Shown: positions 1 through 10,152, counted from the stretch's first letter. The stretch is 64,000 nucleotides of DNA from Cytophagaceae bacterium (GCA_031383555.1 JANMZR010000159.1:657-64656), one strand, 5' to 3'. Made by a program: numbers and translations. The notes: generated from the sequence alone by a model not told the origin.

Positions 1-1
1 A

Positions 2-2926
2 ATGGTCGATGTAAATGCTGATGGCCTTTTGGATATTTATGTATGTTACTCAGGCGATATAAAAGGTAGCAATAAAGAAAATGAGCTTTTTATTAACCAA
101 GGAAAAAATAAATTTAAGGAATCTGCGAAGGAATATGGTTTAAATGATGCAGGTTTAAGTACACATGCCAGCTTTTTCGACTATGATTTGGATGGCGATT
201 TGGATTGTTTTGTGCTAAATAACAGCTATAAAGATCCTGAAAGAATTGCGATTTACAAAAGAGAGCGATTTGAATTAGGTACTGAAGGTGGCGATAGACT
301 TTATAGAAATGAAGGAAAAGCTCATTTTACAGATGTTACTAAAGAATCAGGGATATTTTCAAGTAATATCGACTTTGGTTTGGGTATTTCTGTTGGAGAT
401 GTAAACAGTGATTTATGGCCAGATATTTATATTTCAAATGACTTTTGGGAGCGAGATTATTTGTATATCAATCAAAAAAACGGAACTTTCAAAGAAGAAC
501 TTACCGATCGAATGAGCTATACTTCGGTATCAAGTATGGGCTCCGATATTGCTGATGTTAACAATGATGGCCATTTGGATATTTTCAGTACCGATATGTT
601 GCCACCCGATAATTACCGATTAAAAGCAGCCACAAAATTTGATGATTATTATTTTGAAGACTTAAAATTTAAAAATTCTTATTTCCACCAATTTGTACAA
701 AACTGCCTCCAGGTCAATCGAGGGGATGGGAATTTTCAAGAAACCGCTCACTTTTCAGGAGTAGCTGCCACCGATTGGAGCTGGGGATCGCTCATTTTTG
801 ATATGAATTTGGATGGCAAAAAAGATTTATTTGTTTCTAATGGCGTTTTTCATGACATTACCGATGCCGATTTTGTGGATTTTATTGCCAATCAGGAAAA
901 CATTAAAGGTATAATTGAAGCAAAAGGTAAATTTGATTTTCGTGATTTTGAAAAATATTTACCTCATAATAAAAGGAAAAACTATGCCTTTATCAATCAA
1001 TCAAATTTGAATTTTTCGAACCATTCAAAAAGTTTGAATTTAGACCAAGAAGGCTATAGCAATGGCTCAGCTTATGGCGACTTGGACAATGATGGCGATT
1101 TTGATTTGGTAGTAAACAATGTAAACATGGAGGCTTTTGTCTACAAAAATAATGCGGTTGAAAACAAACAAAACTATCTGAAAATCAAACTATTGGGGCA
1201 ACCTTTAAACAAGAAAGGAATTGGAGCAACCCTAACAATTTATACCAAAGAAGGTATTCAAAAAAATCAAGTAATGGCGTCAAGAGGCTTCCAAAGCTCC
1301 GTAGATACCGATATTATTTTTGGAGTTTCGAATAATACAAAAGTTGACTCGGCCATTATTGTTTGGCCTGATTTCAAATTTGAAAAAATAGTAGGCCCAA
1401 AAATCAATACAACAATCACCTTAAAATATGAAAATGCTTCGGGTACCTTTATAATACCTTACCAAGGAAAACCTATTTTTGAGGAAAAATCTCAAACAAT
1501 TATTCCCAATGGTGCCGTTCATTTAGAAAATATTTATAGCGATTTCGACAATGATCGGCTTATGCCACATATGCTTTCAAACGAAGGCCCTAAAATTATT
1601 AAAGGCGATGTAAACCAAGATGGGAAAGAGGATTTTCTTTTATTAGGCGCTTCCGGTTCCGCAAGTCAACTATTTATCAATCAGGGGAATACATTTGCAA
1701 AATCTAAGCAAAAAGCATTTGAAACGAATAAAAAATCTGATGAAATATCGGGTGTTTTTTTTGACGCAGATGGCGATATGGATTTGGATTTACTGATTGG
1801 AACTGGCGGAAACGAATATAAAAACGGCCCCGAATCTTTTAATATTCTATATTATTTAAACGATGGAAAGGGAAATTTTACAAAAGAAATGATTAAAGCC
1901 CCGATAGCACTTGGGCAAATTTCATGTGTGAAACCATTTGATATCGATAAAGACGGGGATATCGACTTGTTTTTAGGAGGTCGTGCCATTCCAGGAGCTT
2001 ATGGCCTTACGCCAAGAAGTTTTGTTTTACAAAATGATGGAAAAGGCAATTGGGGAGATATCACAAACGAGTTTACTGGGCCGATTGGCATGGTTACTGA
2101 TGCCGTTTTTAACGATGTAAATAAAGATGGTTGGGCCGACCTCATTGTGGTGGGGGAATGGATGCCCATTACTGTTTTCCTAAATGATGGCGGGAATTTT
2201 GCAGCTGGAAATCCGCTCATTAATAGCTCAGGCTGGTGGAATACAATTAAAATGGCCGATGTAGACGAGGATGGTGATGCAGATTTTATTGTTGGAAACT
2301 GGGGTGAAAACATGAAGCTAAAAGCTAATATTGAAAAGCCTTTAAGCCTCTATATTAAGGATTTAGACAACAATAAACGCCCTGACGCCTTGCTAGAATG
2401 GTATACCCCAGACGATGAAAAACCTTACCCTTTTGCCAGCAAGCAAGATTTAATGGCACAATATCCTTTTCTAAAAAAGAAGGCAATAAAATACCAAGAC
2501 TATGCCAAAATGCAAGTTAGTGACTTATTTGAAGGCTTAGACAAGGCTGAGAAAAAATTAGTAAATACATTGCGAACGAGTATAATTTGGAATAAGGGTG
2601 AAAGCTTTGAAATTAAGCCTTTTTTGCCCGAAGCCCAAATGTCGCCAGTATATGCGATTGAAATCGCTGATTTAGACAATGATGGCAAAATAGACATTTA
2701 CCTAGGAGGAAATTTTTATAAACTAAAACCAGAAATTGGAAGGCATGATGGATTCGATGGGGGCTATTTTAAAGGACTAGGAAAAGGGAATTTTAAATAC
2801 ATTTCTTCTCAAAAATCAGGTCTTTTAGCTAAAGGCGAAGTGAGAGATGCCACTATAATTGACAATAAACTATTTATAGCTAGAAATAACAATTCGATTT
2901 TGATTTTCAAAAAATATTTGAATTAA
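2..2926 (+). CDS. FG-GAP/VCBS repeat protein with ASPIC/UnbV domain (CRTAC1 family); 5' end cut by the window edge
   Basis: Repeated 'D(V/L)N(A/N)DG..D(I/L)' FG-GAP/VCBS calcium-binding repeats run throughout. A central 'YLKIKLLG...NKKGIGATLTIYT...QVMASRGFQSSVD' segment is typical of the UnbV_ASPIC domain. The ORF is open at position 2. Confidence 0.8.
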   Translation: MVDVNADGLLDIYVCYSGDIKGSNKENELFINQGKNKFKESAKEYGLNDAGLSTHASFFDYDLDGDLDCFVLNNSYKDPERIAIYKRERFELGTEGGDRLYRNEGKAHFTDVTKESGIFSSNIDFGLGISVGDVNSDLWPDIYISNDFWERDYLYINQKNGTFKEELTDRMSYTSVSSMGSDIADVNNDGHLDIFSTDMLPPDNYRLKAATKFDDYYFEDLKFKNSYFHQFVQNCLQVNRGDGNFQETAHFSGVAATDWSWGSLIFDMNLDGKKDLFVSNGVFHDITDADFVDFIANQENIKGIIEAKGKFDFRDFEKYLPHNKRKNYAFINQSNLNFSNHSKSLNLDQEGYSNGSAYGDLDNDGDFDLVVNNVNMEAFVYKNNAVENKQNYLKIKLLGQPLNKKGIGATLTIYTKEGIQKNQVMASRGFQSSVDTDIIFGVSNNTKVDSAIIVWPDFKFEKIVGPKINTTITLKYENASGTFIIPYQGKPIFEEKSQTIIPNGAVHLENIYSDFDNDRLMPHMLSNEGPKIIKGDVNQDGKEDFLLLGASGSASQLFINQGNTFAKSKQKAFETNKKSDEISGVFFDADGDMDLDLLIGTGGNEYKNGPESFNILYYLNDGKGNFTKEMIKAPIALGQISCVKPFDIDKDGDIDLFLGGRAIPGAYGLTPRSFVLQNDGKGNWGDITNEFTGPIGMVTDAVFNDVNKDGWADLIVVGEWMPITVFLNDGGNFAAGNPLINSSGWWNTIKMADVDEDGDADFIVGNWGENMKLKANIEKPLSLYIKDLDNNKRPDALLEWYTPDDEKPYPFASKQDLMAQYPFLKKKAIKYQDYAKMQVSDLFEGLDKAEKKLVNTLRTSIIWNKGESFEIKPFLPEAQMSPVYAIEIADLDNDGKIDIYLGGNFYKLKPEIGRHDGFDGGYFKGLGKGNFKYISSQKSGLLAKGEVRDATIIDNKLFIARNNNSILIFKKYLN

Positions 2927-2942
2927 CAGTTAATAAATTACT

Positions 2943-4091
2943 ATGAAAAATAAAATTCAAACATTTATTCAAAAAGGAAATGCTGTCACAAATATTACCT
3001 TTTTTTCTGCCTCCATTTTACTATTTATTGCATGCTCTTCTAGTAAAAAATTAACCTTAAAATCGGCCTTCAAAGACGATTTTTTTATTGGGGCGGCGAT
3101 GGGAGCTCAGCATATTCTCGAAAAAAATGATAAAGCTAATGAATTGATTAAGAGGGAGTTTAATACAATTACTTCTGAAAATATAATGAAATCTGAGGTA
3201 ATTCATCCCGAAAAAAACAGATATGATTTTTTGCTTTCTGATAAATATGTTTCGTATGGTCAAAACAATGGAATGTACATAGTTGGGCATACGCTTATTT
3301 GGCATAGCCAACTATCTAAATTTGCTAATAAAATTGAGAATAAAGATTCACTGCGTTCATTTATGACTGACCATATAAGTACAATTGTTGGCCGATACAA
3401 AGGAAAAATAAATGCATGGGATGTAGTAAATGAAGCGTTGAATGAAGACGGCACATACAGAGAATCGATTTTTTACAAACTACTAGGTGAAAAGTATATT
3501 AAAGAGGCCTTTGATTTGGCTGCTAAAGCCGACCCTACTGCTGACCTTTATTACAACGATTATAATATTGAGCAGCCTAAAAAAAGAGTAGGGGTTATTT
3601 CTCTGATTAAAAAGTTAAAAGCTTCTGGAACAAAAGTGGATGGTGTGGGTATTCAGGGTCATTGGAGTTTGTTGGGTGCCCCAGTCAGTGAAATTGAGGC
3701 CGCAATAGTTGAGTTTTCGAGATTAGGAGTAAAAGTAGCCTTTACCGAACTTGACATAACTGTTATTCCCAACCCTTGGGATCTTAAAGGAGCTGATGTT
3801 AAGCAAAGTTTTGACGACTATATCGGTAATGCCAAAATGAATCCTTATTCAAATGGTTTGCCTGATTCCGTTCAAACTCAATTGGCAAAAAGATATGAGG
3901 ACATTTTTAAAATATTTATAAAACACCAAGATAAAATAAGCCGAGTAACCTTTTGGGGAATAAATGATGGCCACTCCTGGCTCAATGGATGGCCTATAAA
4001 AAAGCGGACAAACTATCCCTTACTATTCGATAGAAATTTTAGTCAAAAACCTGCTTATCAGGCTGTTATTGAATTAAAAGTAAAAAAATAA
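2943..4091 (+). CDS. GH10 endo-1,4-beta-xylanase, probable lipoprotein
   Basis: GH10 catalytic motifs 'WDVVNEA' (acid/base Glu) and 'FTELDI' (nucleophile Glu) are present. The N-terminus 'LLFIACSSS' looks like a lipobox. The gene starts 16 nt after the upstream gene. Confidence 0.9.
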   Translation: MKNKIQTFIQKGNAVTNITFFSASILLFIACSSSKKLTLKSAFKDDFFIGAAMGAQHILEKNDKANELIKREFNTITSENIMKSEVIHPEKNRYDFLLSDKYVSYGQNNGMYIVGHTLIWHSQLSKFANKIENKDSLRSFMTDHISTIVGRYKGKINAWDVVNEALNEDGTYRESIFYKLLGEKYIKEAFDLAAKADPTADLYYNDYNIEQPKKRVGVISLIKKLKASGTKVDGVGIQGHWSLLGAPVSEIEAAIVEFSRLGVKVAFTELDITVIPNPWDLKGADVKQSFDDYIGNAKMNPYSNGLPDSVQTQLAKRYEDIFKIFIKHQDKISRVTFWGINDGHSWLNGWPIKKRTNYPLLFDRNFSQKPAYQAVIELKVKK

Positions 4092-4114
4092 TCTCTAAAA
4101 TAAATTTAATAATA

Positions 4115-5581
4115 ATGGAAAATCAAGACCAAAAACTTTCCGTTTTAGAAAAAATTGGTTACAGCCTTGGCGACCTTGCCGCTAACCTAATTTTTCAAAC
4201 GTTAATGACTTTTCTCGCCTATTTTTATACCGATGTGTATAAAATACCCGCCGGTAAGGCCAGTATAATAATTTTTACTGGGGGTTTTGTTGGGGCGTTT
4301 TTTAATATATTTATGGGCATCATTGCCGACAGAACTAATACCAGGTGGGGCAAATTTAGGCCTTGGATATTATGGACTGCCGTTCCTTTTGGTGTAATTT
4401 CTCTGCTCGCCTTTTCAACACCAAATTTTAGTCAAAGTGGAAAAATAATTTACGCTTTTATTACTTATTTTTTATTAGTACTAACCTACTCCGCCAGCAA
4501 TTTGCCCTATTCGGCTTTGAGCGGAGTAATTACAGGTGATATGAAAGAACGCAATAGTTTGTCGTCATATCGATTTGTGGCAGTAATGGTTGCTCAGTTT
4601 ATTATTCAATCCCTTTTGTTGCCTTTGGCGCTATCTATCGGTTATGGCGATAAAGCCGTTGGTTTTGAAAAAGTAATGTTATTTTTTGCAATTGTGGGCG
4701 TCATTTGTCTGTTTATCACTTTTTTAACTACCCGTGAGCGAATAGTACCGGATGTACAAGAAAAAAATTCTATCAAACAAGATTTTACAGATTTATCAAA
4801 AAATAAGCCTTGGTTGATCATGCTTTGTCTTACCATTTTAGTATTTATCACTTTGGCTTTAAAGGGAGGTATGTATATTTATTTTTTCAAATATTTTCTT
4901 GACCCTGTAGCACAAGCTACTTTTTTAGAAAATATTGGTTTTAACAATTTTATAAATGGCCTTAACCAAGCCATTGTAAGCTTGGGTTTAGGTAAATTTC
5001 AATGGCCAGAAGACGCCCCAACCTCTGCCAATAGCCTCTTTAATGCCAGTGGAATTATATTTATGATTTTTGGTATTATGATTTCAAAACCTCTGGCTGA
5101 CAGGTTTGGCAAAAGAAATATATTTGGAATTTTTTTAGCTATATCTGCTTTGTGTTTAATAATGTTCAAATTTTATTCTCGTGAGGCCATCTCCGCAGTT
5201 TTTATAACCCAAATATTTCATGGCTTTTTTTATGGGATAACCATTCCAATACTTTGGGCAATGATAGCCGATGTAGCCGATTATAGTGAGTGGAAAAACA
5301 GTCGGCGTGCCACCGCAATTATATTCTCGGCCATGATTTTTGGTTTAAAAATTGGCTTAAGTATTGGAGGTGCTTTTGGTGCAGCCTTACTTTCAAATTA
5401 TGGTTACATAGCTGAACAAGAGCAGCAAACGGAAAGTACCGTTTCTGGTATACAAATGTCAGTAAGTATTTATCCTGGTCTTATTTTTTTGATTGGCGCT
5501 ATACTTTTATTTGGTTATGAAATAAATAAAGCAAAAGAGGTTCAAATTGAAGCTGACTTAAAATCACGACGGTTAAAATAG
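4115..5581 (+). CDS. GPH-family (MFS) glycoside/pentoside/hexuronide:cation symporter, xyloside-transporter-like
   Basis: About 12 hydrophobic segments. The N-terminal 'EKIGYSLGDLAANLIFQ' and 'DRTNTRWGKFRPW' motifs are typical of GPH/YicJ/XynP symporters. It lies between GH10 and GH43. Confidence 0.85.
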   Translation: MENQDQKLSVLEKIGYSLGDLAANLIFQTLMTFLAYFYTDVYKIPAGKASIIIFTGGFVGAFFNIFMGIIADRTNTRWGKFRPWILWTAVPFGVISLLAFSTPNFSQSGKIIYAFITYFLLVLTYSASNLPYSALSGVITGDMKERNSLSSYRFVAVMVAQFIIQSLLLPLALSIGYGDKAVGFEKVMLFFAIVGVICLFITFLTTRERIVPDVQEKNSIKQDFTDLSKNKPWLIMLCLTILVFITLALKGGMYIYFFKYFLDPVAQATFLENIGFNNFINGLNQAIVSLGLGKFQWPEDAPTSANSLFNASGIIFMIFGIMISKPLADRFGKRNIFGIFLAISALCLIMFKFYSREAISAVFITQIFHGFFYGITIPILWAMIADVADYSEWKNSRRATAIIFSAMIFGLKIGLSIGGAFGAALLSNYGYIAEQEQQTESTVSGIQMSVSIYPGLIFLIGAILLFGYEINKAKEVQIEADLKSRRLK

Positions 5582-5628
5582 ATAAGACTTTTTTAAATAT
5601 AATAATTTCGATTTTTTTGAATTCAAAA

Positions 5629-6648
5629 ATGCCAGAACAAAGTAATGTCCATATTGATTTTGACGAATTAAGCAAAAAGGCTATTTCAAAACCACTTGTA
5701 AATCACATATTTACTGCTGACCCGTCGGCTCATGTTTTTAATGGAAAAATTTATATTTATCCTTCGCATGATATTGATGCTGGCATCCCCTTTAACGATT
5801 TGGGGGATCATTTTGGCATGCAAGACTATCATATACTATCGATGGAATCGGCTGATAGTGAAGTAATTGACAATGGAGTTGCCTTATATATTAATGATGT
5901 TTTGTGGGCAGAACGTCAAATGTGGGCGCCTGATGCGGCCTATAAAAATGGGAAGTATTATTTATATTTCCCTGCCAAAAAAGCCGATAATATTTTTCAA
6001 ATTGGCGTTGCCATTTCAGATTCCCCAACTGGCCCTTTTATAGCTCAACCACAACCAATTGAGGGAAGTTATTCAATAGATCCTGCTGTGTTTAAAGATA
6101 CTGATGGTAGTTATTATATTTATTTTGGAGGGCTTTGGGGTGGCCAACTACAGAAATATCGAGATAATAAGTATAATGATTCTTTTGAAGAGCCTTTAAC
6201 AAATGAACCTTCTTTGGGTCCAATAATAGCTAAGCTTTCTGAAGATATGCAGCAGTTTTCCGAAAGCCCAATAGAGATACAAATTTTGGATGAAAACGGC
6301 CGAACTTTACTATCTGGTGATAATAATCGCCGATTTTTTGAGGCTTCATGGATGCATAAACATAATGGTATATACTATTTTTCCTATTCAACTGGTGATA
6401 CCCATTTAATATGCTACGCTACTGGCGATAATCCATATGGCCCTTTTACCTACCAAGGTGTAATTTTAAACCCTGTTGTTGGCTGGACTTCCCACCACTC
6501 TATCTGTGATTTTGAGGGTAAAACTTATTTATTTTACCATGATTCGAGTCTCTCGGAGGGGGTTACCCATTTAAGATCAGTTAAAATGACCGAGTTAAAA
6601 TATAGATCCGATGGCTCAATAATTACTATAGATCCTTATAATAATTAA
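5629..6648 (+). CDS. GH43 beta-xylosidase/alpha-L-arabinofuranosidase (cytoplasmic, no signal peptide)
   Basis: 'FTADPSAHVFNGKIYIYPSHD', 'MWAPDAAYKNGKYYLYF' and 'FEASWMHKHNGIYYFSYS' are GH43 five-bladed propeller signatures. I prefer the ATG at 5629 over the TTG at 5617. Confidence 0.85.
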   Translation: MPEQSNVHIDFDELSKKAISKPLVNHIFTADPSAHVFNGKIYIYPSHDIDAGIPFNDLGDHFGMQDYHILSMESADSEVIDNGVALYINDVLWAERQMWAPDAAYKNGKYYLYFPAKKADNIFQIGVAISDSPTGPFIAQPQPIEGSYSIDPAVFKDTDGSYYIYFGGLWGGQLQKYRDNKYNDSFEEPLTNEPSLGPIIAKLSEDMQQFSESPIEIQILDENGRTLLSGDNNRRFFEASWMHKHNGIYYFSYSTGDTHLICYATGDNPYGPFTYQGVILNPVVGWTSHHSICDFEGKTYLFYHDSSLSEGVTHLRSVKMTELKYRSDGSIITIDPYNN

Positions 6649-6661
6649 GCTTGTTTTTAAA

Positions 6662-7300
6662 TCAAATAATTTCAATTTCTTTTTCTGGTTTTGCATAACT
6701 TAACCTTGCTAATTGGTTGGTAGTATGGTAGCTATCAAGCCCTGAGCAGGTGATTGTACCTGCTTTTTCAAGATTTATAAAGCCATCTTCACTAACACAA
6801 TTTTCAGGAAAATATATTTGCTTTATTTCACCAATAACCATAATGGTTCCATTCAACTCAATATCAATTCGTTGTTTAAATTGAACACCTATTTGCACTG
6901 TGCTTTCTGTAACATAGGGGGCAAAAAAATTGTTTTTAAATGTTGAACCTAATTCTGTAACCTCAAATTCTGAAATTTCTTGCTCATATCTTGCGGAGGT
7001 TTGGTGCGCTTGTTTATAAATTTTTTCGTTGATATGATTAATGGTGTAATAGCCAGTATCCAAAATATTGGTCAACGTATGCCTGTCAACCGAGTCGGGT
7101 CTTACAATGAATGCAATAAGTGGAGGGTTAGCGCCAATATGAAAAATTGAGCTGAAAATAGCCAAATTTGTTTGTTCATTTTTAGATTTTGTGCCAATTA
7201 AACATACACTTTTAAACCCCCCTAAACTATTGATTAAGTGGCCTCTAAATCTAGATTCGAGTTGATTAATATTGTTATAATCTAAATAACTTTGACTCAT
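6662..7300 (-). CDS. Flavin reductase-like (FMN-binding split-barrel) family protein
   Basis: Size and the 'FKSVCLIGTKS..G..NLAIFSS..H.GANPPLI.F..RP' pattern match the flavin reductase domain family. Confidence 0.65.
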   Translation of the reverse strand: MSQSYLDYNNINQLESRFRGHLINSLGGFKSVCLIGTKSKNEQTNLAIFSSIFHIGANPPLIAFIVRPDSVDRHTLTNILDTGYYTINHINEKIYKQAHQTSARYEQEISEFEVTELGSTFKNNFFAPYVTESTVQIGVQFKQRIDIELNGTIMVIGEIKQIYFPENCVSEDGFINLEKAGTITCSGLDSYHTTNQLARLSYAKPEKEIEII

Positions 7301-7351
7301 TAATTTTCTATTTAAAAATTGACTATTTCCAAAACAGGAGGGAAATTGGAC

Positions 7352-7648
7352 TTACCTTTTTGAAATTTTATTGTGTGTAATAGATTTTTGAAGGCTACAT
7401 TTAAATCTTGAGATGTCCGGATTTCTTTTAGCTAAATGCTTAGTATTGCAATTATGAACCCTTATTCTCCAGCGCTTATAACTAGCCAATTTAAGGTTTT
7501 TCTTCATTAATTCTTTAACTTCTGATTCATTAATACCAAATTGTAATTGAATAGCATCGAACGGCGTACGATCCTCCCAAGCCATTTCAATAACCCTGTC
7601 GATATTTATTGGGTCGCTGGTATTTAGTTTATTTTCAAATATTTTCAC
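7352..7648 (-). CDS. TIGR03643/DUF2805 family small protein
   Basis: 'IDRVIEMAWEDRTPFDAIQLQFGI.ESEV..LM...L...SY..WR.RV' is the conserved core of this family, recalled from memory. Confidence 0.65.
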   Translation of the reverse strand: MKIFENKLNTSDPINIDRVIEMAWEDRTPFDAIQLQFGINESEVKELMKKNLKLASYKRWRIRVHNCNTKHLAKRNPDISRFKCSLQKSITHNKISKR

Positions 7649-7977
7649 AAAATTTAATTTTAGCTGTTTGAAAGTAATACTATTTTAATAATGAATGAGT
7701 ATTTGATTAACAAAATTAGGCAGTTAGTGTTTGATTTTTTATGCAATTATTCCTATAATTTTTAAACCAAATAATAAATTGCTCTTTCGATAAAAAAATT
7801 TACTCTATGAAAAATTGACTATTGAAATTTTGAAAGCTAATTATTTTTGGGGGAAAAGTGAAACTTGCTTTTAATTTAAATAGGGCGGAAAACGAATAAA
7901 TGATTTAATAATAGTCATATTTTGGTTTTATTTTCATCATTTTACCAGAGATTTTATTTTTTTAATATGCTTTAATC

Positions 7978-7985
7978 TATATTTG
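7978..7985 (+). promoter_or_regulatory. Bacteroidota-type -7 box (TATATTTG) upstream of the lipoprotein gene
   Basis: It matches the TAnnTTTG consensus, 72 nt upstream of the ATG at 8058. Confidence 0.35.
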
Positions 7986-8057
7986 AAATATTATTTCAAC
8001 TGTAAAAATACATAAAGTCTTTTTCTTACAGGTCTTTTGCTTTCCAACATAATTATA

Positions 8058-8525
8058 ATGAAAAAAATGAAAATATTTGCCTTATTATTAATATTAGCCA
8101 CTTCAATTTTTCAATTTTCAGGTTGTGCCAGTAAAACTAAGGCCAAGCCTATTTCGGAAATATTGAAAGCAGTATTCTTTGCACAACAAGTAAAACACGA
8201 TAATAGAGTTGTTTACACCAAAGGAGCAGCTTCAAATACTGTTAATGGTTACTCAAAATTACGAATGGATTTTACTTCGGCGGGTAATGTAAGCTTTACT
8301 GATTTCGACGGAAATACATTTAACGGCTCTTATAGCCTTTCGACCGATAGTAAGTCACTTACTTTTACAAACTTAATGCCTGTACCAACCGGATCGGGTG
8401 GCATCCTTTCTTTTTCAATTATTAGCTTTCAAGAAAACCCAGCCCAAATAGTACTTTCAAGATTGGGAGCTAGTGTAAAGACAGGAAATACAATTAATGA
8501 ATATACTTTAACAACTATTCCTTAA
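8058..8525 (+). CDS. Hypothetical lipoprotein
   Basis: The ATG at 8058 gives 'MKKMKIFALLLILATSIFQFSGCAS', a signal peptide plus lipobox Cys. I recognise no domain. A strong terminator follows. Confidence 0.6.
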   Translation: MKKMKIFALLLILATSIFQFSGCASKTKAKPISEILKAVFFAQQVKHDNRVVYTKGAASNTVNGYSKLRMDFTSAGNVSFTDFDGNTFNGSYSLSTDSKSLTFTNLMPVPTGSGGILSFSIISFQENPAQIVLSRLGASVKTGNTINEYTLTTIP

Positions 8526-8542
8526 AAATTTTAAATTATTTT

Positions 8543-8577
8543 AAAAAGCCAGCTTTTTTAAAAGGCTGGTTTTTTTA
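8543..8577 (+). terminator. Rho-independent terminator after the lipoprotein gene
   Basis: The stem aaagccagc/gctggtttt surrounds an AT loop and is followed by a T7 run. Confidence 0.8.
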
Positions 8578-8653
8578 TGAAAAAAATTGCCCCCAAAACA
8601 GTTGTAAGATTTCGTTTGTTGAAATTTCTTTAAATCCAAATCAAAACTATGGC

Positions 8654-8661
8654 TAACTTTG
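8654..8661 (+). promoter_or_regulatory. -7 box (TAACTTTG) immediately upstream of thiL
   Basis: A TAnnTTTG match ends 4 nt before the thiL ATG at 8666. This implies a leaderless or near-leaderless mRNA if the box is used. Confidence 0.3.
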
Positions 8662-8665
8662 GATT

Positions 8666-9691
8666 ATGGATACAAGAACAGAAATAGCAGAAATTGGAGG
8701 TTTTGGTTTAATTCAAACAATCAAAAACTTATTCCCAATTCAAAATAAAAGTGTACAAATAGGCATTGGTGACGATGCTTCAATTATTGAAAATACCAGT
8801 GGATTTGAAACAGTAATTACTACAGAATTATTCGTTGAAGGCGTTCATTTTGACCTTTCGTATTTTCCATTACGCCATTTGGGCTATAAAATTGCAGTGG
8901 CTGGCATTTCTGATATTGCGGCTATGAATGCAATACCTAAACAAATATTAATTGGTATTGGGCTTAGCAATAGGTTTTCGGTAGAGGCTGTAAATGAGTT
9001 TTATTATGGAGTGAAAGCTGCATGTGACGACTTTGCAATAGATTTGGTTGGTGGCGATACAACGGCCTCGAGGTCTGGTCTTTTGATATCAGTAACTGCA
9101 ATTGGTTTGGTCGAAAAAAGTAAAGTCACAAAACGATCGGGCGCAAAAGTGAACGATATTATTTGCGTTACAGGTGATCTGGGAGCAAGCTTTTTAGGCC
9201 TTCAGTTGTTGGAGCGAGAAAAAGCAGTATTCAATGCAGACCCTAATGCCCAACCTGAGCTCGACGACTTTGAATATATTGTTGGACGACAATTGAAGCC
9301 AACTGCTCGAATGGACATTATACATCAATTGGCTGAATTGGGTGTGGTGCCAACTTCTATGATTGATATTACGGATGGGTTGGCCTCTGATTTACTTCAT
9401 ATTTGTAATCAATCAAAAGTAGGAGCAAGTATATTTGAAGAAAAACTACCAATTGATGATAAAACTTTTTTAGCCGCTACTTCACTAAATTTAAGCCCCA
9501 TTACTTCCGCATTGAATGGTGGCGAAGATTTTGAATTATTATTTACAATATCTCAGAGAGATTTTGAAAAGATAAAACCAATTTCTGATGTTTTTCCGAT
9601 TGGTTTTATTTCAGACCAATTAACGGAAGTTAATTTAATTATGAAGTCTGGCCAGGCAATTCCACTCATTGCACAAGGTTGGGCAAAATAA
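8666..9691 (+). CDS. thiL: Thiamine-monophosphate kinase
   Basis: AIR-synthase-like fold motifs 'GIGDDASI', 'ELFVEGVHFD' and 'DLVGGDTT', with typical ThiL length. Confidence 0.9.
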   Translation: MDTRTEIAEIGGFGLIQTIKNLFPIQNKSVQIGIGDDASIIENTSGFETVITTELFVEGVHFDLSYFPLRHLGYKIAVAGISDIAAMNAIPKQILIGIGLSNRFSVEAVNEFYYGVKAACDDFAIDLVGGDTTASRSGLLISVTAIGLVEKSKVTKRSGAKVNDIICVTGDLGASFLGLQLLEREKAVFNADPNAQPELDDFEYIVGRQLKPTARMDIIHQLAELGVVPTSMIDITDGLASDLLHICNQSKVGASIFEEKLPIDDKTFLAATSLNLSPITSALNGGEDFELLFTISQRDFEKIKPISDVFPIGFISDQLTEVNLIMKSGQAIPLIAQGWAK

Positions 9692-9790
9692 AATAGCCTA
9701 TTCTAAAAATCCGAGCTCAATTAGTAAATTAACCAAATCATATGAATAGTGGGTTTTAGACACGGACCAAGGGTTAAAACTTAAACAAGA

Positions 9791-9819
9791 AAAGCCCCGG
9801 ACCAAGGGTTCGGGGCTTT
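9791..9819 (+). terminator. GC-rich hairpin downstream of thiL (terminator-like, weak U-tract)
   Basis: A 9-bp stem aaagccccg/cggggcttt with an 11-nt loop. It lacks a clean T-run on the plus strand, so confidence is lower. Confidence 0.45.
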
Positions 9820-10115
9820 CTAATTAACAAATAGAACCACCTATTTAAATTGTCTTTTAAAAACCTTCTTCTTTTGAAGGAAATCAATAATTTTCTAATT
9901 TTTCATAAAAATAGTAAATTCTTATCATTTATTGGATTTATTGATTTTTTTTTGTTCTTTCAATAAAAATAAACCTATTCAGATAATTTTCTAGGTATTT
10001 AATTGCTACACCATAAAATTGATCACCTCATCTATCGGATCGATTATCTATTTGGTTTCAGGTATAAAATTCAACTGTTTGCAAAGCTTTGCTTTTCAAA
10101 CAATTGTAAAGTCGT

Positions 10116-10152
10116 AAAAACAAAAAATCCCGATAAATATTCATTATCAGGA
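10116..10152 (-). terminator. Rho-independent terminator downstream of tRNA-Asp
   Basis: On the minus strand the stem tcctgataa/ttatcggga (one G-U pair) has a 7-nt loop and is followed by ttttttgttttt. Confidence 0.75.
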
